Below, piece after piece: positions 38,231 to 48,212 of a stretch of DNA of 64,000 bases (positions within the stretch are counted from its first letter, which is position 1; every line of letters starts with the position of its first letter). The notes under the pieces are model-generated. The model worked only from the letters and a program-made list of their open reading frames with translations, was not told the DNA's origin and searched no databases. This DNA is from a virus, in IMG/VR virus record IMGVR_UViG_3300028920_000044, positions 1 through 64,000 of that record; one strand, written 5' to 3'. Made by a program: the position numbers and the translations under genes.

Positions 38231-40084
38231 TTACATAGTGAAAAATGGCATAAAGGAACTTTCTAATGCATCATCTTCAGGTACAACAGTTTCAAATGAA
38301 TAGTCATCATCTGCCCCAAGAATCACACCAGATTCAAATTTTTGTTTAAATGCAATATAATCTTTTGGACTCGCTACACTCGCAGCAGTCTTAATTGTCT
38401 CTAATAATCGGTTCTGTATTTCCATATTAGTGAATTGAACCATGGGCATAATCTCCATAGCTCTTCTGTGTCTAGTAAATGCACAGAAAGAAGAACCCAT
38501 AAACAAATCAGTATGTGATTTAGATCTAATCGACCCTGAATTTGTTTTCTCAATAGCACCAAATTGATTAATTAAATTTTGCGATTTAAATCCTGTTATG
38601 TTTTCATTAATACATTCGATTAAACAACCCACCATTAAGGGTTTAGTTAGACCTGTTGTTTTAACACCTAGTTCGTCTTTTAAATCACCAGTCTTATCTA
38701 TATCTCTCTCAAGGAATGGGAGGTAATTGAACGTTGTTATATGTCTCGTCAGGTATTCTATAGGTGCCTGACCTATCGTATTATTCTCAATCGTTAAAAT
38801 AATACGTTCTCCGACCTGTGCGAATAACCACTGAAAAACAAAATGTATAACTTCCCCAAAATTTGTGTAGGATCCGAATTTGTTATTCATTTCAGCGATT
38901 TGATTAAACTTTCGAAATCCATAAATTTCTATAGCACAATACGCCCCTGTTAATGATTGAGCTGTGTCACATCCTATAATATAGTAATCTGATTTATCGA
39001 GTACATTAGTGTAAATATCCAATCTTGAATGATGTGGACACGGCAAAGTCATTACAGGTTTACTTGAAGTAAAGGCAGCAAGAGTTTCATCGTCAAAAAT
39101 ACATTGAGTAGTACCAACGAATAAAAGATCCAATTCCTGATTAACCTTACGTTGATCACTAAGTTCCTGACATTGTTCTTGATACCATTCCTCAGTTTTA
39201 GTTGGGTCTTCACTCCAATGATATCTAACTCTAACAAAAGTATTCTTAGATGGATCTCTAACAGCATCATCTATAACAACATCTGGATTCCAATTTTCCA
39301 ATCCAGTTTCAGAGTTTTCAACAAATAAATCATCTGATTCAACTCCATTTGTCCATCTATTGTAAAACCATTCACCGTCCCCTTGGGTACCGTTCGGAGT
39401 ACTGGTGATTAGCATGAAGTATGGATAATTATATCTCTGCGCTTGCTCCCTTGCCTTAGATAGAGTTTGTTGAGCAGAACCGTAGATTTCATCCATGTAT
39501 CTAATAAATGCAGCTTCGTCAATATATAAAATACCAACAGTTAATGATCGAGCAAGAGTGCTAGGATCATGAGTAGTTGCAGGATAGAATACGTCTACTC
39601 TAGAATCATTAAACAATTCTAAATATGTAACAATATCACTCTTATTTTTAAAGGGTTTATTTGTTACCATCCATTCCGGCAAATTACTGATTATAAACTT
39701 GACTGTTCTTAAGTTTCGTTTACCAGCATCTTGTTTCATATTCAAAATAACTGCTTTATTCCTAGGAAAGAAAACCATAGCCCATACAACTAAGCAAGCT
39801 GCAATGGTTGATTTCCCTAACTGACGAGAAGCCATTAATATGCATTTTTTAAATCTATAAATCGAGCGAACTACTCGACGCATTTTATTATGCATTAAAT
39901 CTCTTTCATAAAGCGTTTGTCCACCACCTTCGTCTAAGAAGCAATAGTTATGTATAAAATAAAGTGGATTACATCTACACTTCCAGACTTCCATCGCTCT
40001 ATGTTTCTTTTCTTCTTCGGATATTTGCCCTAATGCTCTAGATCGAACCATCGTTCGAAGATTTGTGTTTCTAGCATACCGCAT
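38231..40084 (-). CDS. terL: terminase large subunit
   Basis: Walker A ASRQLGKST, Walker B LYIDEAAF, TSTPNG, RNase-H-like IGCDTA, IENN. Confidence 0.95.
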   Translation of the reverse strand: MRYARNTNLRTMVRSRALGQISEEEKKHRAMEVWKCRCNPLYFIHNYCFLDEGGGQTLYERDLMHNKMRRVVRSIYRFKKCILMASRQLGKSTIAACLVVWAMVFFPRNKAVILNMKQDAGKRNLRTVKFIISNLPEWMVTNKPFKNKSDIVTYLELFNDSRVDVFYPATTHDPSTLARSLTVGILYIDEAAFIRYMDEIYGSAQQTLSKAREQAQRYNYPYFMLITSTPNGTQGDGEWFYNRWTNGVESDDLFVENSETGLENWNPDVVIDDAVRDPSKNTFVRVRYHWSEDPTKTEEWYQEQCQELSDQRKVNQELDLLFVGTTQCIFDDETLAAFTSSKPVMTLPCPHHSRLDIYTNVLDKSDYYIIGCDTAQSLTGAYCAIEIYGFRKFNQIAEMNNKFGSYTNFGEVIHFVFQWLFAQVGERIILTIENNTIGQAPIEYLTRHITTFNYLPFLERDIDKTGDLKDELGVKTTGLTKPLMVGCLIECINENITGFKSQNLINQFGAIEKTNSGSIRSKSHTDLFMGSSFCAFTRHRRAMEIMPMVQFTNMEIQNRLLETIKTAASVASPKDYIAFKQKFESGVILGADDDYSFETVVPEDDALESSFMPFFTM

Positions 40085-40106
40085 GATCGCCTCCGTTCAT
40101 CCGGCA

Positions 40107-40535
40107 TTAGATATAAGCAGAAAGGCCTTCACCAACTGGCTGACCTTGACTGTTACCTTCTGGCGGAGTTGCTATTGATGCAACTTGTTCTTCTTTGTCT
40201 TTTAAAACTCTAGGAGGAACAATACCTTGCTCCATTGATTTTGTATCCTCAGTAGCTTGTGCATTAAGCGCACTTTCAGCAGCCTTAAGTTGCTTTAATT
40301 CTGGATCTCTATTTCTTTCTTCTGCTTGCCTTGCACTCACCTTAGCAGCCCTCTTTTCTTGGTCCATTTTATCAGCAACTTCAGCTTCAATCCCTTCTTC
40401 CTCAGTTTGTTCTGGAGTTACTACTCGACCCATTGCCCTCGCATATATACGATCGCTTATATCTCCTGGAGGAACTTGTTCTTCTGGTGACATCTCTTGT
40501 GCTTGTTGTTCTAATATATATAATATTGAAATCAT
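40107..40535 (-). CDS. acidic putative internal head protein with MISILYILE leader
   Basis: AGGAG RBS; shared leader. Confidence 0.65.
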   Translation of the reverse strand: MISILYILEQQAQEMSPEEQVPPGDISDRIYARAMGRVVTPEQTEEEGIEAEVADKMDQEKRAAKVSARQAEERNRDPELKQLKAAESALNAQATEDTKSMEQGIVPPRVLKDKEEQVASIATPPEGNSQGQPVGEGLSAYI

Positions 40536-41179
40536 ATGTATTCTCCTAAATTCTCTAAGTTATCCAAATATCGTACTGATTGTTCTTTACTTGCTGTGAG
40601 TACGCCTTTCTTTACACCATACAATGATCTAGTTAGTGCGCTGGGATATGGGGATAACATAGTTCCTAATTTTTTAGCTGTCCCTAATTTATAATTCATA
40701 TACTTTCTTGTCCCCGACCCTACTACTGTTCCTGTTTTAGTTAAAAACTGTCTTCGACTCATCTTTGCATTATCTGCAATTTTATCGGCAGTCTTAATAG
40801 CAGGATCTAACTTCTTCTCAATATTGGCCGCTCTATCTCTTATACTCTGTAATCCACTAGATCTATTAACAAATTTTTGTCCTATCTTACTATCTAACGC
40901 CTTCTTAACACCACCAGCCATTTCATGAGAATGTTTAAAAGCGGCACCTTTCTCTCCAGCAGCCATAACGTTCTTAATAGCACCAGAACCTGTTATTTTA
41001 TCGGGTTTTCGGCCTTTAGCTCTTTCTTTTTGTAATGCTGATCCAACAGCGGCAGCCATTAATCCTTTACCTGCTGCTTTCCCAAAGTTTCTTCTACTAG
41101 GATCAAATGGTGGTGCTTTAAATGATGGCATTAATCCTTTAAGTTTGGATAATTTAATAGCTTCATCAATACTGAGCAT
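40532..41179 (-). CDS. basic protein with two twin-arginine (Tat-like) motifs
   Basis: PSRRNFGK and MSRRQFLT. Confidence 0.7.
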   Translation of the reverse strand: MLSIDEAIKLSKLKGLMPSFKAPPFDPSRRNFGKAAGKGLMAAAVGSALQKERAKGRKPDKITGSGAIKNVMAAGEKGAAFKHSHEMAGGVKKALDSKIGQKFVNRSSGLQSIRDRAANIEKKLDPAIKTADKIADNAKMSRRQFLTKTGTVVGSGTRKYMNYKLGTAKKLGTMLSPYPSALTRSLYGVKKGVLTASKEQSVRYLDNLENLGEYI

Positions 41180-41188
41180 AATAATCTC

Positions 41189-41395
41189 CTAATACCAACT
41201 AATCTTTTTGACAATCTTGCCAAACCCTGACATAATGTTCTGTTGACCTACATCTAAATCAAAACATTTAACATAAAAAAAGCCATCTCCCATTTCGACT
41301 TCATATTTGATATCGTATTCCTTCATCTTTTTTAGTATTGATACTATTGCTTCACTATTATTAATACTATACCGTTGGTTTATCTTTAGGTTCAT
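41189..41395 (-). CDS. small hypothetical protein
   Basis: Operon packing; resembles 41669..41860. Confidence 0.6.
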   Translation of the reverse strand: MNLKINQRYSINNSEAIVSILKKMKEYDIKYEVEMGDGFFYVKCFDLDVGQQNIMSGFGKIVKKISWY

Positions 41396-41672
41396 TCCTT
41401 CTCTTTCTTTTGATAACAGTAACTCCTAAATCTAATAATTTAGTTATAATCCAACCAAGTACTCCACCTATTGAACCATTAACAATTACATCACTTTTAG
41501 GTACTAATTTTAATTCTATACCTTTATCAATTATTATCTCTTCAATAGTTTTGTTTTTATTATCTTCTATAGGCGACACTGTTTTAAACTTTGGAGTGTA
41601 TGTTGTAGTCAATGTACCTATCATAATACCTACTAATATTACTGGCAAATAAATCCGAATAAATCGTTTCAT
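41367..41672 (-). CDS. two-TM membrane protein (holin-like topology)
   Basis: Two hydrophobic segments, basic C-terminal tail. Confidence 0.55.
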   Translation of the reverse strand: MKRFIRIYLPVILVGIMIGTLTTTYTPKFKTVSPIEDNKNKTIEEIIIDKGIELKLVPKSDVIVNGSIGGVLGWIITKLLDLGVTVIKRKRRNEPKDKPTV

Positions 41673-41860
41673 TCGTTTATTTCCTCAATCCATTCTATAT
41701 TCTCAAGTATAGATATTTCGCGCTTTAGTATATTCGTTACTGTAAAATATACAATACATTCATCATATTCAGTAATACAATATCCAATATTGTGTTTCTT
41801 AAGTTCCCTCAATATGTGAACTGCATTGCATCCTGTCTTAATTTTATAATATTTGTCCAT
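41669..41860 (-). CDS. small hypothetical protein
   Basis: Operon packing; resembles 41189..41395. Confidence 0.6.
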   Translation of the reverse strand: MDKYYKIKTGCNAVHILRELKKHNIGYCITEYDECIVYFTVTNILKREISILENIEWIEEINE

Positions 41861-41872
41861 AAATATTCTCTT

Positions 41873-42448
41873 TTAATATAATATTCTCTCATTCATCTGT
41901 TTTCTAGCAATCATAAGATTCATAAATTCTTTAACCTTTTTAATTGACGTATGCGCAGTTTTATGAAGTATCCCCATTCCGCCCGCTTGAATAAAATCAT
42001 CAATGTTTTGTTTCTCATCATCAATGAGTACAGCGTTAGATCTAGCGAATTTTGCTTTTAATCTTTTATCAGGAACAACGGACATATTAACTAAATATTG
42101 CGCTCCTAATTCTCGTTCAACCCACATCTCTTTACCTAATTTTCTTTTTCTTCCTGGTCCATGACTTACATTTCGACCAGCAGAGGTAAGAATGTAAGGA
42201 TCTTTATCTTTAATAAATGCCCATAATTCTTTTCCACCCTTTATCCAGGGCATATTGCTCCAAAATATAGAACCACCATGAGAGTCTATTAACTTCCACA
42301 TTTTATTTATTTCGCTATGTTTAAAATCTAGAGATCCTGTCCAACCAATATCTTGCATTGCTTTAACGAAATCTGTAAGTACTCCATCCATGTCACAATA
42401 GATACGGAGTCGTTCTTCTTCATCTATTAAGTACTGTAACGGAATCAT
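41873..42448 (-). CDS. HAD-superfamily 5'(3')-deoxyribonucleotidase (NT5C-like); start re-called at 42448
   Basis: IYCDMDGVLTDF, ILTS, K..W, VLIDD; GGAG 10 nt before ATG-ATT-CCG. Confidence 0.88.
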   Translation of the reverse strand: MIPLQYLIDEEERLRIYCDMDGVLTDFVKAMQDIGWTGSLDFKHSEINKMWKLIDSHGGSIFWSNMPWIKGGKELWAFIKDKDPYILTSAGRNVSHGPGRKRKLGKEMWVERELGAQYLVNMSVVPDKRLKAKFARSNAVLIDDEKQNIDDFIQAGGMGILHKTAHTSIKKVKEFMNLMIARKQMNERILY

Positions 42449-42449
42449 A

Positions 42450-43037
42450 TTATTTAATCTCCACAAATCGAACAGATCCTAAACTTGTTGTTGACGTATT
42501 CTTCTCCATCTTTATTAGTTCTTGCGAAGATCCCCTTCTAACAGGAACAATTATGTACCCATTCTTTGATAACTGTTTGAATAGAAGAGGTGGTACACTA
42601 TTTGTTAACGCAGAAACGATTATGACATCAAATGGAGCTTTCTCTTTCCATCCTTTTTTACCATCACCAAACTTACTCGATACATTCCTAATATTCGATT
42701 TATTAATCCGAACTTTCGCTTTAATAAGTAAATGTCTATTTATTTCAATAGTGTAAACATGTTTACATAGACTTGCTATAAGAGCAGTTTGCCATCCAGA
42801 CCCTGTGCCCACTTCTAATACTTTTTTATTCTTATCTAATTTCGCCGCTTTTAAGACTATTTTAATAAGAGAGGGTGCAGAAGTAGTTTGTTTATGCTGT
42901 ATCGGTAATGGATCATCTGTATTAGCTAAATGACGAATTTCTAAATCCAAGAAATTCTCTCTCGGAATTTTTCTCATAGCTGTTGTTATCTTATCCTCAA
43001 ATAATCTTAAAATAGGTATCATTTTCATATCTCTCAA
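42450..43037 (-). CDS. pcm: protein-L-isoaspartate O-methyltransferase (start may be 43028 or 43022)
   Basis: AM..IPRE.F, D.PLPI...QT.S.P, VLEVGTGSGWQTA, IE, GDG..GW...APFDVIIV, QL...G..IVPV, VRFV. Confidence 0.92.
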   Translation of the reverse strand: MRDMKMIPILRLFEDKITTAMRKIPRENFLDLEIRHLANTDDPLPIQHKQTTSAPSLIKIVLKAAKLDKNKKVLEVGTGSGWQTALIASLCKHVYTIEINRHLLIKAKVRINKSNIRNVSSKFGDGKKGWKEKAPFDVIIVSALTNSVPPLLFKQLSKNGYIIVPVRRGSSQELIKMEKNTSTTSLGSVRFVEIK

Positions 43038-43044
43038 GATTTCT

Positions 43045-43075
43045 CCCTTCCAAGAGAAACATTCTCCTGGAAGGG
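43045..43075 (-). terminator. hairpin after baseplate wedge gene
   Basis: CCCTTCCA...TGGAAGGG extended stem. Confidence 0.55.
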
Positions 43076-43087
43076 GCTTTTTCTTTT

Positions 43088-46006
43088 TTAAATAGTCATC
43101 TTAAAATCAATATCATCAACATCCCAAAACCAGAAGTGTGGAGTATATGTAACAATGCCCAATTTATCATCAGCTATATTTCTCAATCCTTCTTCATCAG
43201 GAATTGTTTCTAATCCACTTGGTATTTCTGTACCCATCGAATCAGTTAATATAACCGATACACTTTTAATCCATTCCTGATCTGTATGAATTAAATCAAC
43301 AACTTGACTATTATAGAATACGATTTCCGTTCCTGTATGCACTGTTTGTAGCCAATCCGCAATCATTAATATAAATAAATCTTTCTTCTCAGAAACGTTG
43401 ATTCTTTTATTAACAATCATTTCAGAATCGACAATGACAGTGATCTGAAGTTTAAGTGGGAGAACAATGTCAAATGTGCTATATTCTTGAACTGTGAAAT
43501 TCTCAAGAAAGTAAGAGTCTGCAGTTAGACTATCAAGAAACCTAAACTGTAGATTATCTGATATCATTCTTTTACCTTCAACATTATTATCAACCACAAA
43601 TTGTTTAATCTTATCTAAATAATATTTTGGATCATCCATATAGGTATCATATCCTATAAGAGGAATATTAATTATATAACGATCCGTGTAGTCTAAAACA
43701 ATTCCATCATACACATTATGATCATACAACAAAACATTAAGTTGGTCTTTGATATTATACATTTGATTAATACTATAAGTAGAACTTTCAAATGAATGAT
43801 CGGTACCTTTTCTTCCAAATAATTCAATATGAAATTCAGCCCAAAAAATTCCATCTTCATCTGTATAATCATACACAAATTCAGTGTTATTCAAATTAAC
43901 TAATGATTCTCTATATATACTTCTTTCGCTTATTGTTATTTCAAAATTATATTCAGAAATATCTTGGTGAGATTTCAATCTAATATAGCTTGTTCTATTT
44001 GAATAATCATATTCGATTAGAAAATATAAAACTGGTATATCGTAATACGCTAATCCGGTGTTTTTAGCCTCAGAAAAATACACAGAAAATGAATCATAAA
44101 AAAGATATCCATCATACCACCCCATAAAAGAATTATAATAATAAAAAAATGGACTTACCATTACTTCCCCACCGATCGTAAATTTTGGGAAGAATGACAT
44201 ATTATAATTAATTGGATAATTACAAAAAACGAATGCAGTTCCATCATCAATAATAGAGTTAGTATTTACTCGTGTAAAAGAATAATTTATTCCATTATAT
44301 TTATATATTATGTATTCGTTTGCATTATCAACGGCGTCCCATGTAATAGAAACTGAAGTAGGATCATATACTTGAATTGTACCTATGTAGTTATCTCCAG
44401 AATATGATCCTGATAAAGTTAGAGTATAAATACCTCCTGCTATATCTTCACTTAATATTTCTAAAGCATCAGCATAATTGCCACCAGTGGGGTAAATAAA
44501 ATCTCCAGGAGACACCGCATCCCAGGCAACTGAATCAGTGCAAGTAACTATATTAGAATCTGTTTCAAATGTATACTCTTCTGTTATTAAAACATCTATT
44601 CCTGTCAAATTAACAGCTATATCAACTTCTTCACCAACAGTAAATTGATCTGTTGGTACTATTTTATAACTTAAATTTTCTGCTTTGACAAATCCTCCAG
44701 TTATAGTAGATAATGCTATATTCTGAACTTCTGATAAATAATCAATTTTCATGAGAGAATGATTAGTTGTTGGAGAAACAAGCTGGTATTTATCTCGAAA
44801 CGATCGACACAAATAAAATGTATTACTTGACACAACGGACTTCTTAAATAAAAATCTAAAGTCATTTAAATACTTTTCAGCAATATTATAAAAATCTCTC
44901 TCACTAACTAACATATCATAACTCTGAATATGAGCAACAACATCATTTCTTAATAAATCACCACTTAAAGGATCTAACCCATCTTTTGAATATTGAAAAT
45001 TAATCTTCACAAACTTCTCAGCATTTTGAGCAGGAAGAGATTCTATTTTATTTGCTTGACTTGCATCATAATAATTAGTTATAACTAAGTAATTCTTTGG
45101 ACCTACAAATACTTCTTTTGCAAGATTACCACTACCTCCCATTGTCACATCTACTCTAACAGTTATTTCAGCTGATGGAATGTATGCTCCTCGTATACCT
45201 GATCCAAATTCAATAACAAACTTTCGAGAAGTCAATTTTCTTAAAAACACAGTCTTAGAAAAACTTTCTTCAAAATATTTCACATAATTAACATTATATT
45301 CTTCAAGAAGATTACTAGAATCATCCTTTCGTTTAACCCAAACACGAATATCACTAATGTGCCCTTCATCAATTTCAATTACATAAGGATAATATGTACC
45401 AAAACTATAATTAGGTAATGTCAGAAAAAATTCTTGAACCTTGAATTGTTGTACATCTTTAAATGGTGCAATAACTTCAGCAGTAGCAGATGGTAATTGT
45501 TGTACATTACCTTCATTCGAAGTTATAATTGTGCTATATCCACTTAACGATTGCACAAATTTATATTTAGCATTTGTTATAAAATTGTATCCTTCATTCT
45601 CAAAAACGATCGAAGAATCATCTCCTATAACTGCTTCTCTTCGTATAACACCATTAGGTAGCTTTGGTAATAATGCAAAATCAAATATTACACTACCAAA
45701 CGCGTTAGAAGGAGTACCAAATGTTGGTAAATATCCATATGTAGCAGAGTGAAAATATAGATTCTCTGTTTCTTGTGCTGTGGCTACAAATGCTTCTTTA
45801 AATAGAGAATCATAATATTGCTTTGCATCAAAATTTGTATGTCCAAGAAGATTTAATAAGAATCCAACAAAACCCAATTTATTAATCTGTAAATCATAGA
45901 CTTGTAATTCACTCTTTAGTAACGTTGAATAATATTCTATGAATTCTTGTGGGCTTTTAAAATTTGTTACAGATATATCCGCCATTTCAACACCCCGTTC
46001 AATCAA
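43088..46006 (-). CDS. baseplate wedge protein (T4 gp6/baseplate J-like)
   Basis: EAF..TAQ, GY.P, EFGSG.RG, GGSGN, LVSERDF motifs. Confidence 0.8.
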   Translation of the reverse strand: MIERGVEMADISVTNFKSPQEFIEYYSTLLKSELQVYDLQINKLGFVGFLLNLLGHTNFDAKQYYDSLFKEAFVATAQETENLYFHSATYGYLPTFGTPSNAFGSVIFDFALLPKLPNGVIRREAVIGDDSSIVFENEGYNFITNAKYKFVQSLSGYSTIITSNEGNVQQLPSATAEVIAPFKDVQQFKVQEFFLTLPNYSFGTYYPYVIEIDEGHISDIRVWVKRKDDSSNLLEEYNVNYVKYFEESFSKTVFLRKLTSRKFVIEFGSGIRGAYIPSAEITVRVDVTMGGSGNLAKEVFVGPKNYLVITNYYDASQANKIESLPAQNAEKFVKINFQYSKDGLDPLSGDLLRNDVVAHIQSYDMLVSERDFYNIAEKYLNDFRFLFKKSVVSSNTFYLCRSFRDKYQLVSPTTNHSLMKIDYLSEVQNIALSTITGGFVKAENLSYKIVPTDQFTVGEEVDIAVNLTGIDVLITEEYTFETDSNIVTCTDSVAWDAVSPGDFIYPTGGNYADALEILSEDIAGGIYTLTLSGSYSGDNYIGTIQVYDPTSVSITWDAVDNANEYIIYKYNGINYSFTRVNTNSIIDDGTAFVFCNYPINYNMSFFPKFTIGGEVMVSPFFYYYNSFMGWYDGYLFYDSFSVYFSEAKNTGLAYYDIPVLYFLIEYDYSNRTSYIRLKSHQDISEYNFEITISERSIYRESLVNLNNTEFVYDYTDEDGIFWAEFHIELFGRKGTDHSFESSTYSINQMYNIKDQLNVLLYDHNVYDGIVLDYTDRYIINIPLIGYDTYMDDPKYYLDKIKQFVVDNNVEGKRMISDNLQFRFLDSLTADSYFLENFTVQEYSTFDIVLPLKLQITVIVDSEMIVNKRINVSEKKDLFILMIADWLQTVHTGTEIVFYNSQVVDLIHTDQEWIKSVSVILTDSMGTEIPSGLETIPDEEGLRNIADDKLGIVTYTPHFWFWDVDDIDFKMTI

Positions 46007-46009
46007 GGT

Positions 46010-46879
46010 TTAAATTTTATTAAATTTAGGGAATACTAAAGTATTAAGTTCATCTAATACCCAACTCTTTGTACCCTCTGAAACTACATATCCACGATAT
46101 GCTGCACAAAAATAACTAAAAGGTAATGTAGTTAATTCGTTGCCTGTGCGTTGTCCTATCAACTCTTTTGATGGTAAAGCTTGAGGAAATAGACCAATAC
46201 ATTTACCTACATATGTTATGTCTTTTAAATTTGGTTTATATTTGACTATATATATAGAAGCTGCATAATCTATTCCACCATATATTCCTCCGCTATCTTG
46301 ATGAAATTTGGTAATGTCTTGATTTAAATAATGAGGATGTGGTCTTATTTTACCTTCAATTATATCCCAAATATAATGAATCCATGCTTGATGGAATTTA
46401 TATATTGATAGTTCAGAATCATCTATATATGTGACAGACACTTGCTCCGAGGTACTGAATTCAGTTGCAAAAGGAATTGCCCCACTTCGACTAGATACTC
46501 GCTCTGAATTGACCTGTTCTTGAGGTGGTGTAAAATCAACAGCAGCAAACGTAACAAATTTTGTAATTCTATTTAATTCTTCACCTATTGAACTGTTCCC
46601 TTTGTATGTATGTTCACCGTGTTCACCAAACACTCTTTTATTACTAAAATCTTGATCTCTAGTAAGCCCACTTAAAGGAGGAGGGATCATGAACATAAAC
46701 GTGTAACCGTTTATATCAGGATTGTATCTATGAAGCATTGTATCATAAAAAAATCGCATCAAGTCGCTATCTTCTTTAGATTCCCCAAATATAATATCTA
46801 TAACATTGACATTTGCTAATTGAGAATTACTATCTTTCGGTGGAACAACTGTTAGCGCCATAATATTCTCCATGACCAA
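46010..46879 (-). CDS. tail-tube-fold paralog (gp54/gp19-like)
   Basis: GYTFMF..PP, DFTPP, VSVTYID, W..YI, G.FP..LP; collinear with 12101..12898. Confidence 0.6.
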   Translation of the reverse strand: MVMENIMALTVVPPKDSNSQLANVNVIDIIFGESKEDSDLMRFFYDTMLHRYNPDINGYTFMFMIPPPLSGLTRDQDFSNKRVFGEHGEHTYKGNSSIGEELNRITKFVTFAAVDFTPPQEQVNSERVSSRSGAIPFATEFSTSEQVSVTYIDDSELSIYKFHQAWIHYIWDIIEGKIRPHPHYLNQDITKFHQDSGGIYGGIDYAASIYIVKYKPNLKDITYVGKCIGLFPQALPSKELIGQRTGNELTTLPFSYFCAAYRGYVVSEGTKSWVLDELNTLVFPKFNKI

Positions 46880-46912
46880 TAGGGCCTAATGCGATTACAC
46901 ATTAGGCCCTAT
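46879..46912 (-). terminator. perfect 13-bp hairpin
   Basis: ATAGGGCCTAATG/CATTAGGCCCTAT. Confidence 0.65.
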
Positions 46913-46920
46913 CAATTCTA

Positions 46921-48183
46921 TTAACTCCCGTATTGTCCACGGCATACAGTTTTGCTCATATTATAAATTAGACCATAAATCAATACATTTCGAATTTGAA
47001 TTCTTGTTACCTCACTATATCGATCATATACTTTAGTCAGGGCTTTCCCATCTGTATCTCTAAGATCATCATCAAAAATTTGTTTCAATAACATATTGCT
47101 AAGTTTCTGTATCTTTCGAGTATCCGGATTATTTTTACTCGAAATAATAACTTTCTTAACAATCGTTCTATAATTCGCTTTACAGATATCAATTTTATCA
47201 ACAACATTGGTCCGCGAAAGAATTACACTAATTAAATCATATAAGATATCATGATATTTATGATTATGAATAGATTGAAGTATTGCTTTAATAGTAACCT
47301 CTTTAACTTTAAATGACTGATTAAAACTTTTAATTAACGTACTAGGATAAGAGGGATTTGGATTCATTGTGATGTAATCGGTTACGTCATTTGTTATTTC
47401 ATCACGAATATGAACAGTAGAATATTGATCAAACCCTGGTTCATCATCACCCATACCAACGCTTGGGCTAGAAATAGACATGCCCATTTTATGTGCTTTC
47501 ATATAAAGAGGCAATAATCCACCTTGTGCTTCGTTTTTACCCGTTGTTATATTTCTTCTCGGGTTAAACATAAAGATCTGATTAATGCGACTATACATTT
47601 GTTCGAATAATCGTTTTAATTTAAAAGAATTTCTTTTAATCTCTGGTCCATATTTGAATATAAGTTTAGGAACATGATAATCATGAAGTAAGCTGATAGG
47701 ACTGTCATATTTAGATACACTATGCTTCTTAGTGATCATATGAGTTACAACATACTTCATGATTTTCTTGTCACAATATTTAATGTACCGTACCTTACGA
47801 CCATTCCAAACTTTCATCAAGCAGCACATCATTGCGTTTTTGTATATGTGTTCTTTCTTTCCCATCAAACCATAATATGTAAGTAATAATAAAATCTGAT
47901 AATATGGGTCACTATGCATAGCATTCTTCATAGCGCCCATACCCCAATCTTTTTTATATGCATTGTAAACATCAATTTGATCAATACCAATTATTTTGTA
48001 TAATTTTAATACGCCTGCCATTGGAAGCGTAAACTTGAAACAATACCCTTCATCAGATGACATAGATTGGGAGAATGCGGTACTCACAAACCTCGAAATC
48101 TCTTGATACACCTGGCGTTCTATTCGCGGATCAGCATGAAATATTTGCTGTAGTTCCTTATGAAGTTTCGTTATTTCTGACAC
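46921..48183 (-). CDS. hypothetical protein
   Basis: AGGAG RBS before GTG; 420 aa. Confidence 0.75.
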   Translation of the reverse strand: MSEITKLHKELQQIFHADPRIERQVYQEISRFVSTAFSQSMSSDEGYCFKFTLPMAGVLKLYKIIGIDQIDVYNAYKKDWGMGAMKNAMHSDPYYQILLLLTYYGLMGKKEHIYKNAMMCCLMKVWNGRKVRYIKYCDKKIMKYVVTHMITKKHSVSKYDSPISLLHDYHVPKLIFKYGPEIKRNSFKLKRLFEQMYSRINQIFMFNPRRNITTGKNEAQGGLLPLYMKAHKMGMSISSPSVGMGDDEPGFDQYSTVHIRDEITNDVTDYITMNPNPSYPSTLIKSFNQSFKVKEVTIKAILQSIHNHKYHDILYDLISVILSRTNVVDKIDICKANYRTIVKKVIISSKNNPDTRKIQKLSNMLLKQIFDDDLRDTDGKALTKVYDRYSEVTRIQIRNVLIYGLIYNMSKTVCRGQYGS

Positions 48184-48212
48184 TTTTCATGCTCCTATTA
48201 TGATGATAAAGA

